From positions 1 through 64,000 of the IMG/VR virus record IMGVR_UViG_3300025137_000026: 64,000 nt of DNA; one strand, written 5' to 3'. The stretch comes from a virus. The notes under the pieces were generated by a model. The model saw only the letters and a program-made list of their open reading frames with translations. It was not told where the DNA came from and searched no databases. Within the stretch, counting starts at the first letter, position 1. Each line of letters begins with the position of its first letter. The position numbers and the translations under genes were made by a program. This document shows positions 1 through 9,530 of the stretch, one piece after another.

Positions 1-2282
1 ATAGAAAAATTGTAACCTTTACATCCGCAACATCAGTGGAGATTGACCACGCATGGAACACAACTCCTTGGCTCGATACAGTTCAAGATGTTGAACCAAT
101 TTCCACCGATTCATTTGTTGTATCCTACCTCCAATCCGATACTGCCTTTACTGACGAAACGAATGTTACGGACAATGGCGAGCAAGTAAGGATTTTTGGA
201 GTTGAGCTTACTGGTGGTGCTTATGTTCATTTTACCAACAAACAGGTAGACCTTCGTTCATCTAGGGTGGAGATTGGTCTAGGTGCGGGAATGATTTTTG
301 GATGGTATAAGTACATCGCAGGAGAAGACGCACAAGTCACTGACTCATGTCATATTATCGATGATTCCACTAACAATGTAGGGAATCAAATGGCTAGAGG
401 CACATCTTCAGGGGGCGATTTTGGAATGCTCGATATTTATGGAGGTACATTACTTGTAGATAAGGGTGAAGTCTTTTGGAGATTATATTGCGATGGCAAG
501 GCAGACCAAATGCAAGTGCGAGTCATCAATGTCCAATGTTTCGGTTCATATGGTTTGGGTAGCCGAGTAGATGGAAATCGCTCTATATTTATAGCAACCA
601 TTGTGGGGGCTGATAACAACACGGGTGCTTGCAATGCTCGAACTGCGGTTAGTCGAGTTTCTATAACTGCCATTGACTCAAATCAAGCGGGATATGTTTG
701 GTTAAGCACAAGTCAAGGAGGGCCAAGTGGACGGTTAATTTTCCCTCGTTTAAACGAATTAGGCAGAGTAATTAGGTCAGCAAATAGCGGACACTCTGGC
801 ACAAATGTAATGCAAGTAATCGCTAAGAAATCAGAGGTTGACCAGATTCCTATTTTTATCGTTGGTCAAGGCAATGTTACTGGAGGATCAACCCACACAT
901 ATAGGTACGGAAACTTATTGAAACCTAACTATGTGGATGCATCAAATTCCGTAGTTACGGACACAATCAAAACCGCAGTCATTGATTCGACTGACACTAT
1001 TGTGGATACAGAAGATGTTAGCACAGGAACTAGGTCTGAATTATTTATTCGCCACTCCGATATAGTTACAAGAAATGGTAATATGGTGCTGGAGAATGGT
1101 GACGGAACTTTGCCATCGTATGTCACCAAATATGCACCCTATGATTTAAATAGCTTTCTGTTTGGTAAACAGATAAATTCTGCGATTGTCACGGCAGAAG
1201 ATTTCTATGGAGCGACTCAAACATTATTGAACGACTTGGTATTAACAGAAACCAACAAAACAACCATCGATTCATATACCGAGATTGAGACAGCACAGAA
1301 GTTTTATGACAGAGCTAGTGCCTACCTTTATGACAACTATGCAGGGGAGGGGGCTACTATCGTTTCTCGTGCAAGTATCGATATTGATGCAGGTAGCTAT
1401 AACATAGAGGTGGATGCGAGTGCATCGAGTGCTTTTGCCTTTGATGGATCAAAAATCACCATAAAAGCCTCTTCATATTCTGGTAATCTCACAACTACTG
1501 GTTTGGTCACACTTGCTAATGGAGCAGTTGTACTTGGTACAATAACTGATGCGAATGGCAGTCGTGCCACCTTACAGTATTCTATTAGTGGATTAGTACA
1601 GCATAGCCGTGTACAGATTTACAATGTAACCGCAGATACCGAAATCTTCAATGGCTCTGTAAATGCAACAACCTATTCAGCCCAATACACAGAAGGGACA
1701 GAGGTAACTACAGGAGATGAGATTAGACTCAGAGTTACTAGGCAAAATGGAGTAACAGCTTATCTTCCATTTACAGCGACTGCTATTGCTACTGGTTCAG
1801 GATTCTCTTTCAAGGCATCTCAGTTGGATGACTTGGTATACAATTCCAATGGCATTGATGGTAGTTCAATAACAACTCTCACCGCTGACTTTCCTAATGT
1901 TCAGGTTGATGTAGATGATGCAGACGGTTCGTGTGATGTTCGTGAAATCTATGCTCGCTATGCAAATATCATAACCACAGAGGAAGGTATTCGTCAGTGG
2001 TTCGGTGGGATAACTGCACTAAACGCTGTTAATTACCAAGTCAATACTGCCGTAAATGACCTCACTATTCAGAATGTTGGTACGAATGGAGTGAACCTTG
2101 GTGTGGCTAGAATATTCCGTGACGATGGAGCAATCATACTCGCACAAGGTAATGCACCAATTACTCAGGACAACGGAGAGTTTGTTCAGTTTATCCAACC
2201 GCAAGTAGATTCAGCAATGAATACCAACACGAAACTGGATGGCGTTTCAAAGAATACTAATTTAATCCCAGCACTTCTTTAG
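1..2282 (+). CDS. Virion structural/tail-associated protein, 5'-truncated
   Basis: Frame is open from the window start; T/S/G/D-rich, beta-rich composition; directly upstream of fibre genes. Confidence 0.6.
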   Translation, partial: RKIVTFTSATSVEIDHAWNTTPWLDTVQDVEPISTDSFVVSYLQSDTAFTDETNVTDNGEQVRIFGVELTGGAYVHFTNKQVDLRSSRVEIGLGAGMIFGWYKYIAGEDAQVTDSCHIIDDSTNNVGNQMARGTSSGGDFGMLDIYGGTLLVDKGEVFWRLYCDGKADQMQVRVINVQCFGSYGLGSRVDGNRSIFIATIVGADNNTGACNARTAVSRVSITAIDSNQAGYVWLSTSQGGPSGRLIFPRLNELGRVIRSANSGHSGTNVMQVIAKKSEVDQIPIFIVGQGNVTGGSTHTYRYGNLLKPNYVDASNSVVTDTIKTAVIDSTDTIVDTEDVSTGTRSELFIRHSDIVTRNGNMVLENGDGTLPSYVTKYAPYDLNSFLFGKQINSAIVTAEDFYGATQTLLNDLVLTETNKTTIDSYTEIETAQKFYDRASAYLYDNYAGEGATIVSRASIDIDAGSYNIEVDASASSAFAFDGSKITIKASSYSGNLTTTGLVTLANGAVVLGTITDANGSRATLQYSISGLVQHSRVQIYNVTADTEIFNGSVNATTYSAQYTEGTEVTTGDEIRLRVTRQNGVTAYLPFTATAIATGSGFSFKASQLDDLVYNSNGIDGSSITTLTADFPNVQVDVDDADGSCDVREIYARYANIITTEEGIRQWFGGITALNAVNYQVNTAVNDLTIQNVGTNGVNLGVARIFRDDGAIILAQGNAPITQDNGEFVQFIQPQVDSAMNTNTKLDGVSKNTNLIPALL

Positions 2283-2294
2283 GAATCTTTAACT

Positions 2295-2792
2295 ATGAAT
2301 GACTCAATTTTCACCGTCATAGGTAGAGCAACAAAACAGCTAGTTAATGAAAGGCTCTCGCTAAACGGAGGAACTTTATCAGGATCTTTAATATTGAATG
2401 GGAGTCCTACTATAGGGCTAGGAGCAGCAACAAAAGGCTATGTTGACAATGAGGTAGAAAATATAAGTACCGATCTTGGTACTCTAGAGGAGTTACTAGG
2501 TAATGCTCTACACTCTTTTGGCACTGCCAATGTTCATAAGCCGGAGTATGACGCTGTGGCAAGTGTCGGTAAGGTATCAATAGTAGGCACATCTTCACCG
2601 TTTCCTTCTACATTGATATTAACCTCCTATAGCATACCCACTGAGATAAGCTATCAGCTATCAGAGGTGAGTAATGATGGTACATATACCAATGTGGCTA
2701 TATCCATAACTAAAGCATCACAAGAAGCCTATGATCATCTGCTCAGCACAGGTACCATAACAATAGGAACAGATGTAATAACCTTTATCTAA
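2295..2792 (+). CDS. Short tail-fibre-related protein
   Basis: LSLNGGTLSGSL...AATKGYVD is a typical phage fibre shaft motif. Confidence 0.6.
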   Translation: MNDSIFTVIGRATKQLVNERLSLNGGTLSGSLILNGSPTIGLGAATKGYVDNEVENISTDLGTLEELLGNALHSFGTANVHKPEYDAVASVGKVSIVGTSSPFPSTLILTSYSIPTEISYQLSEVSNDGTYTNVAISITKASQEAYDHLLSTGTITIGTDVITFI

Positions 2793-2840
2793 CCCAACTA
2801 AAAGATTGGCCTTTTTACGTAACCTAATTATTTTGATAAC

Positions 2841-5522
2841 ATGAGCATAAATGCGATAACTTTCGGTTCACCAGTATACTCACCTGCCTTTGCCGTTTCA
2901 TCTGGAGACGTTGGTGTAATCAAGTTGAGGAGTCGAGAGACAGCACCTCTTTCACATGAAACACTTGATGAGAATTTCACTAACTTAGCTAATAAGATCA
3001 ATGAAATACTTGGCCTTAATACACACTTAATAAGTGTAGGTACTGATGGGAAAATTGCATTTGCAAACTTATCTTTATCAGCAGGTGAAGGATTGAACGT
3101 AAGTGGTACTGGGCTATTCACCCACGGTGCAAGGGGTTCGACAATTTCTGGATACAGTAGTTCTGATTTAACAAGTGCCAATTTAAAATTCGTTGATGCC
3201 CTAGACTTTGACTCTTTTGGTCATGTAAAGGGATATAAGACTGGGACTTTAACGTTTGCTACTTCAGGTCATATCGGTGTTTCAAACACAGGGAATGCAG
3301 TAACAATTGCTTCCTCAGCATATGGAAGCGGAGATAGCCCTTCTTTCGGAACTATTACAGCGAGTAATTTGCATTTAGAAACCAGCACCGCTACAGACAT
3401 CTTGCGTTTTGGCCCTGACGGCAGATGGGGGTTCCAGAGGACGAATGACGACAGTCGTTATGTGTCGTTTAGCAGACAAATGAATAAAACTGCTAAAGAG
3501 GTTTTCACAATAGATGGCGATACTAGCTACGTAGGTATTGGCACTGGTGCTACAACCCCGTTTGCTCTTCTTACCGTTCAGCATAGCGTCTCGAAAGTGC
3601 AACTTGAAGTTGATCCTGACGCAGACAGAGTTTTAATTAGTTCATACAACCGAAGCGGTACTCCTGCTCCCAAGCCATTAAAATTTTCTGCTTCTGCCTA
3701 TAGCTTCAGTGACGGCAACGTCGGTATTGGGACTGGGACTGAGACTCCTAGTGAAAAATTAGATGTCAGGGGCAGTATTAATTTAAAAAGCGGACATAAT
3801 TTAACGTGGGATAATCATGGTCAAATTGCCGCAAACGCCACTCAAATGGGATTTTATATGGCAGATGCTCAAATTATGAGCATCAAACCTGACGGAGTAG
3901 GTGGCGGCAAAGTTGGTATTTCTACTACGAATCCTTCTACCACTTTTGATATCAATCAACCCAAAAATGATTCAGATGGTAATCCATTAGGCAAAGATGT
4001 GCTAATGACTTTTAGCAAGGGTGAGACAGGTGAAGCTACAATTGGTTTAAGTGGTGGTAGCTCACAAGTTCTTCTTGGTTCACTAGCGGATGACTTATGC
4101 ATTAGAAGTAACGGAAAAAATATTAGATTTGGTACTGCATCTGCCACTCGAACAGATATGACTATCGATTCCAACGGCAATGTTGGTATTGGTATGACTG
4201 AGCCTCAAAAGACGCTTGATGTCAAAGGCACTTTTGCAATCTCAAATAGCAAAACGAGTTATTGGGATTTTGACAGAGATGACTCTGATGGTTCATTAAA
4301 AATAGCTGATACTGGCACAGAGCGTGTGCGTATCGATTCCAACGGCAACGTCGGTATTGGTGCGCTTCCTAGTTATAAATTGGATGTCTTTACTGAAAGT
4401 AGTGTCGGATTGCGATTACAGAATCCCGCTACTAGCCCAGTAAATGGAAGCAATGATTCTCCAGCACTCCTTTTTGCAGCAAATGGATGGGATACAGATG
4501 CAGGATCACGGGGACATCTAGGACGGATTAGGCTTAGTGGATTATATTCAGGAGCAGCGGATCGTGGAAATACGCATCCAGTGATGGTCTTTGATTTAGA
4601 AACAAACGAAAACAACCCAGACGATACTGCAAGCCCCAAGATGTCGATAGGAATTGATGCTGTGGAAATTCCGACTAAATTAGGTATTGGTACTACTGCG
4701 ACTCCTAGCGCACCTCTTGAGGTTGTCCAGCCTACAGCAAATAAGTATGCTTTTATGGCTTCTCGTGCAGACGGAACAAGATTAGGTGTAATATATCAAG
4801 ATAGTAATTCCAATGGTACAATTGGGGCTTATAACGCTAACAATGAGGCTAAGGTCTGGCTTAACACCAATGGTGATTCTTATTTTACAGGCGGCAGAGT
4901 AGGTATTGGTACACCAGTTCCCGCAAGTGATTTAACAATTGCTACGAATGCGTCCGATGCAACTTTTAAGATAGGTAGTGTTTTGAGTCAAAATCCTACA
5001 GATACAAACTATCCACTGTTTGCGAACATGACCTATAGAAGTTATGGTGATTTTGAAATTCACAATAATTACGCAAGTGGGGATATGGAATTTCATGTGC
5101 AGACAGGTCGATATATAAAGCTCAATGGCAATGTTACGGTTGGCGGGAGTGAAGTAATAACAGCAGCTAATATTTCTAATTATGCTACTGGAGGTGGGGT
5201 TGCAATTGGAACTACGGCTACAACTGCATTAGCTGGGAATACGACAACGATCACTACTACACAAGCTAATGCGATTGCGACAAACTCTGCAAAGGTAGGA
5301 ATCACTACTGCACAAACAGGGAAGCTGGAAAATATAGAAGCTCTTGCAAACAATTATTCTTTACCCACGGCAACCTCTACAGTTTTAGGGGGAGTTAAGA
5401 TTGGTGCTAATCTATCAATTGATGCAAATAATGTTGTTTCTGTTCCTGTAGCTACTTCAACCTCATTTGGCGTAGTTAAAGTAAGTTTCTCTGGTGGAAC
5501 TCTAAATATTTCAACCACCTAA
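2841..5522 (+). CDS. Tail fibre / receptor-binding protein
   Basis: Repeated GNVGIG/GRVGIG-T..P...LDV units; N-terminal LSHETLDENF anchor; C-terminal LPTATSTVLGGVKIG repeats. Confidence 0.85.
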   Translation: MSINAITFGSPVYSPAFAVSSGDVGVIKLRSRETAPLSHETLDENFTNLANKINEILGLNTHLISVGTDGKIAFANLSLSAGEGLNVSGTGLFTHGARGSTISGYSSSDLTSANLKFVDALDFDSFGHVKGYKTGTLTFATSGHIGVSNTGNAVTIASSAYGSGDSPSFGTITASNLHLETSTATDILRFGPDGRWGFQRTNDDSRYVSFSRQMNKTAKEVFTIDGDTSYVGIGTGATTPFALLTVQHSVSKVQLEVDPDADRVLISSYNRSGTPAPKPLKFSASAYSFSDGNVGIGTGTETPSEKLDVRGSINLKSGHNLTWDNHGQIAANATQMGFYMADAQIMSIKPDGVGGGKVGISTTNPSTTFDINQPKNDSDGNPLGKDVLMTFSKGETGEATIGLSGGSSQVLLGSLADDLCIRSNGKNIRFGTASATRTDMTIDSNGNVGIGMTEPQKTLDVKGTFAISNSKTSYWDFDRDDSDGSLKIADTGTERVRIDSNGNVGIGALPSYKLDVFTESSVGLRLQNPATSPVNGSNDSPALLFAANGWDTDAGSRGHLGRIRLSGLYSGAADRGNTHPVMVFDLETNENNPDDTASPKMSIGIDAVEIPTKLGIGTTATPSAPLEVVQPTANKYAFMASRADGTRLGVIYQDSNSNGTIGAYNANNEAKVWLNTNGDSYFTGGRVGIGTPVPASDLTIATNASDATFKIGSVLSQNPTDTNYPLFANMTYRSYGDFEIHNNYASGDMEFHVQTGRYIKLNGNVTVGGSEVITAANISNYATGGGVAIGTTATTALAGNTTTITTTQANAIATNSAKVGITTAQTGKLENIEALANNYSLPTATSTVLGGVKIGANLSIDANNVVSVPVATSTSFGVVKVSFSGGTLNISTT

Positions 5523-5524
5523 TT

Positions 5525-6223
5525 ATGGCATTTAATTTTAATAATTCTGCTGTTAGCGGTGTCACCTTTAACGGAGAGCTAGTAAATAAAGTTATCTATA
5601 ATGGAAGCACAGTTTTTGAGCTAGACTCAGATGGTGATGGAGTTGCTGATAGTGCAGATGCGTTTCCGAACGATGCCTCTGAGACAACAGATTCAGATGG
5701 AGACGGTGTAGGAGATAATGCAGATGCATTTCCGAATGATCCGACACAGACTACTGCACCAACGAGAACCTTAAATCCTCAAGTTGTTTTCAGTTCTTTC
5801 ACTAATAGGTTAACCTTTCAGGTAACTCCAAATCCTGCATCTGGCGTTTGGGAGAGTTGGTATATGACCTATAGTAAATTGTACGACACTTCGGATGCAC
5901 AAGATATCACTGGTGTTGGTTCATCAAAGACTTCTATAGAGCGTTTGGATGCAGGACTATACTTTTATGGTTATGTAGATAATTTTTTCGGTGGCTCTTC
6001 TCTTGAGCGTACTTCAAGTCAGTCGGAAGTGCTGGATGCTTCATTTAACGGAGTATATAAGGCGCATTTTTATGGTTTTTCTAAGACACCGTGGACTGGC
6101 TCTTATGTTGCTGAGGCTACAAGTAGTCTTGTGACCATAGATGGCCAACCACACAATGGAATATCTGATGATCCTGCTAGTAACACCCTTTTCGAAACCG
6201 TGCAATTTACAATAAATATATAA
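5525..6223 (+). CDS. Thrombospondin type-3 (Ca-binding) repeat virion protein
   Basis: Two DSDGDGV.D.ADAFPND repeats. Confidence 0.7.
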   Translation: MAFNFNNSAVSGVTFNGELVNKVIYNGSTVFELDSDGDGVADSADAFPNDASETTDSDGDGVGDNADAFPNDPTQTTAPTRTLNPQVVFSSFTNRLTFQVTPNPASGVWESWYMTYSKLYDTSDAQDITGVGSSKTSIERLDAGLYFYGYVDNFFGGSSLERTSSQSEVLDASFNGVYKAHFYGFSKTPWTGSYVAEATSSLVTIDGQPHNGISDDPASNTLFETVQFTINI

Positions 6224-6345
6224 TGAATGAGGAGCTTTTAAAATTACTTGAAGAGTTACAAAGTGCAGTTGGAGAGCAAGCATTATTAGTTGAACAAAAG
6301 ATTCAAGAGTATGAGTTTAATAAACTCAAGGAGGAATCAGAATGA
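6223..6345 (+). CDS. Small coiled-coil protein (40 aa, not in ORF track)
   Basis: MNEELLKLLEELQSAVGEQALLVEQKIQEYEFNKLKEESE; overlaps the upstream stop and downstream start. Confidence 0.55.
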   Translation: MNEELLKLLEELQSAVGEQALLVEQKIQEYEFNKLKEESE

Positions 6346-9300
6346 GTGATAAATTAAATGATGCCAGACTTCGGGCTATAGCTCCGGATGCTGGGGGTAT
6401 TAATGAAATTGCTGAAGTGCTTGGAATGGATACAGCTGGCAAGAAGGCTTTTAGCAGAAAAGACTATCAGGCATACTATGACGCACAGCCACATTTGCAA
6501 AATTATTGGAATCAAGTCGGTGGTGTGTGGCCTACGAAATCATTACAAGCTGGTGGTAAGTATGATTCTGGTGAAATTAAAAAGCAAATTAATCAGGGCA
6601 TAAGTGTACAAGGCCAACTAACTGGTGACCTTAAAGGAGTTAATACTAAAGGTAATCATACTGAATGCGAAAAGGAGAATATGGGGGGTAAGGCTATGAG
6701 TGAGGCTGGGTTTGGTTGTTGGCAGTTTTGGCATTCAGTAGCTAAACATAGCCCAGGGTACAAGAGTGGTGTGGGTGGCACTCTTACTCCAACTGGTTCA
6801 ACCATAACCAAGGAAGAATTGTACAAAGAACTTGAGAAGAATCCTTTGACAAAAACACAAGAGAAAAACCTTATGTTGCAAAGGTGGGGTGGTATGGGCA
6901 TTAGTGATTTCAATAATTTTATGACCCAGATAAAGAGGGGTGTAAAAATTTATTTTGGGAAGGACTTAGATGATGCAGGGGTTGCACAATATATGTCGCA
7001 AAACGGAGAAGATGTAATCACTTTAATGGAAAATGCTAAGGCTAAGTATGATGCGTCTAAAGCATTAAGTGATTTTAATAAAGCTAAGAGTGAACAAGAT
7101 GATGAGGCTATGGATGTTGCCTCTAAACTAGGTGAAGAAGCTGCGCAAAAAATAGCCGAGACAAGCAACCTTGTTCCACCTGCTTTTATTGACAACGAGG
7201 ATGGAACATCATCACTTGATCCAAGTTTAATGGATGATTTCGAGAGATTAACTGTTCCATATAGTTTTGAAACCAATAGTCGCTACTACAGCAATACAGT
7301 TATTGAGGATGGAGAGCGAGTAGATACAGATGATTATTGGCTTGGCTCTGATGTGCCTGGGTATATCACTCATCCGAAATTAGGAACGGTTTATCAATCT
7401 GAAGCAACTGGAGACTGGATGTATAGTCCTTCTCTAGGTGACTATATATATCAATCCCCTGAGAGTGATGAATGGTTCTACAGCCAAGACACTCAGACAT
7501 GGATGTACCCCACTATAACAGAAGGTGCTGGGTTATCATTTTACTCATTACCAGAGGGTGCAGAGCCTGATGAAGGTCAGTGGTTAGGCCCTGATCAAGA
7601 GGACGGGGAGGGTAGTTACTACAGTTACGAAACTAAGGAATTTGTTAATTTTGATGACATAAAGAATTTCTCTAAAGATGCAGAGACTGGTCTTAGTGTG
7701 CCTGCGGATAAAGGTTATGATGCTAATTCTGATTATCAGAGCATTCAGGGTAAACGCGATCAGCACCTAGCAGATATTGCCAATGGTTATGACTATATTA
7801 CTGCTGATCAAGCAGAGGCAATTTACATTCAGGAGATGACAGATTTTATGGAAAGAAATCCAGACTTTGACCCCGATCAAATTATTACTACTCCCAACCT
7901 AGATGGCACAGATCCTGGAGTTGTAGGTGAAGAAAGTCCCATCATAGAAGAACGTGAGTACGATGAGGTGGTATCAAGAACGGAAGTAGAAGAAGGTTAC
8001 GAATTGGTGGAATACAACGATGGTGAGAAGAGGTTAATTTATCAGCCAGATATGCCAGACTCAGGTGGTATGATACAGCCTACCGTAATGCCTGACAAGA
8101 GGACTGAAGCAATCCTTACTGATGATGAAGTTCAGCTTATTAAAACTGAGGGTCTGAGTGCATGGAAGACTCTTAAATATAATCCTCCAATGGCTGCCCC
8201 GCCACAAGAAGACAAACCAGCTTCTTTAATATCTTATGATCGGGCCGGTAGTATTGGGAGTGCAGAGGATCGTGCATATAAAATTGCTAATGCTCAGCGT
8301 GAATTAAGAGAGAAAGCACGTGACTTAAAGTACGAAGGGATGGACAAGGGACTCATCATGGGTCTTCTTTCCGAGACTGAAGCCTACAAGAAGTTCATGG
8401 ATTTCTGGACGGGTGAAGATGATAAAGTGGAAGCACAAATCCTCCTTGATGACATAGTTGAGCAAGTTGCAGAGGAGAATAAGCAAAGAGCTAATATAAC
8501 TGGTTCACTAGATATGTTTGATTCTAGTGGTGCAGGGATGCTTGACCCTAACATGTCAGATTCCCAGAAGCTTGCCATTAGAACAGCAAAGCCAAGTCGA
8601 CCTGCAACTGAAGGTGATGTGGCAGCAGGGCTAGCAACTTCAGTTGGAGAGATAATTGATAATCCTGACTATGATCCTAGGCTTAGTTATTACGCTGAGT
8701 ATCAGAATCCCATTACAGGTGAGCTAGAGACTATAGCATATCGCCCTGACATGCCAGGTAAGCAATCCTTCATGGCAATTCAGGAGAGACTTCTCGATGA
8801 ATCAAAGCGAACAATGGAGAACCACCTGAGTGACTTAGTTGATCCTGTTGGAGATACAGGGAAGTCCAAGTATCAGGCTGCGTTAGATAAGCAAATTTCT
8901 TCATTGAAAAAAGATGGCATAATGGCAGGTGGAGAAGATGATCCAAATACTGCTCTAGATGAAAGCCTTGGTCTTTATGCAAATGAGGGCGCTGCAGCTC
9001 TTAACTACGTCTACGGAGATAATGAAAACTCCCTTAAAGGAATAACAGACGATTACTATGAGATGCAGAAGAACTTCATGGATCAGCGTAACTACCTTAA
9101 TAGGATGGATGCTCAGAGAGACTTAGATATTTCCTCAAAGATACGTGCTGCAACAGATGACCTTGATCCAGTAGAACGAGCAAGAGACAGATCGGCAGAA
9201 AGAATAAAGCTAGCAAGATTTGGAGGAGGAGAAGTAAATAGTGACCTTGGTGGCATTTCTCAACCAGGGGGATTATACGAGCCTCAGCTACAAGAAGAAT

Positions 9301-9515
9301 TAAAATTCAAGAACCTAGATAATGTAACTGGTCTTGGAGACACCTATGATCAAGGAGAGCTTGAAGTAGCAGGAATAGATGGCGGCCTTTACAACATGCC
9401 AAAAGACTCTGAAGAAATAAAAGAAAACCAATTTTACGACAGCTTCAAGCCTTTAGGTAAGTCATCTTTTATTAAGGATAGTACTTTCGGGACAGAGAGA
9501 CAGAGAAGAGTATAA
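6342..9515 (+). CDS. Large acidic virion-associated protein with a Trp/Tyr-rich repeat domain
   Basis: 1057-aa ORF in the structural operon; internal YITHPKLG..WMYSPSLG..WFYS..WMYP repeats. Confidence 0.6.
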   Translation: MSDKLNDARLRAIAPDAGGINEIAEVLGMDTAGKKAFSRKDYQAYYDAQPHLQNYWNQVGGVWPTKSLQAGGKYDSGEIKKQINQGISVQGQLTGDLKGVNTKGNHTECEKENMGGKAMSEAGFGCWQFWHSVAKHSPGYKSGVGGTLTPTGSTITKEELYKELEKNPLTKTQEKNLMLQRWGGMGISDFNNFMTQIKRGVKIYFGKDLDDAGVAQYMSQNGEDVITLMENAKAKYDASKALSDFNKAKSEQDDEAMDVASKLGEEAAQKIAETSNLVPPAFIDNEDGTSSLDPSLMDDFERLTVPYSFETNSRYYSNTVIEDGERVDTDDYWLGSDVPGYITHPKLGTVYQSEATGDWMYSPSLGDYIYQSPESDEWFYSQDTQTWMYPTITEGAGLSFYSLPEGAEPDEGQWLGPDQEDGEGSYYSYETKEFVNFDDIKNFSKDAETGLSVPADKGYDANSDYQSIQGKRDQHLADIANGYDYITADQAEAIYIQEMTDFMERNPDFDPDQIITTPNLDGTDPGVVGEESPIIEEREYDEVVSRTEVEEGYELVEYNDGEKRLIYQPDMPDSGGMIQPTVMPDKRTEAILTDDEVQLIKTEGLSAWKTLKYNPPMAAPPQEDKPASLISYDRAGSIGSAEDRAYKIANAQRELREKARDLKYEGMDKGLIMGLLSETEAYKKFMDFWTGEDDKVEAQILLDDIVEQVAEENKQRANITGSLDMFDSSGAGMLDPNMSDSQKLAIRTAKPSRPATEGDVAAGLATSVGEIIDNPDYDPRLSYYAEYQNPITGELETIAYRPDMPGKQSFMAIQERLLDESKRTMENHLSDLVDPVGDTGKSKYQAALDKQISSLKKDGIMAGGEDDPNTALDESLGLYANEGAAALNYVYGDNENSLKGITDDYYEMQKNFMDQRNYLNRMDAQRDLDISSKIRAATDDLDPVERARDRSAERIKLARFGGGEVNSDLGGISQPGGLYEPQLQEELKFKNLDNVTGLGDTYDQGELEVAGIDGGLYNMPKDSEEIKENQFYDSFKPLGKSSFIKDSTFGTERQRRV

Positions 9516-9530
9516 CTTGAGGAATTTAAC

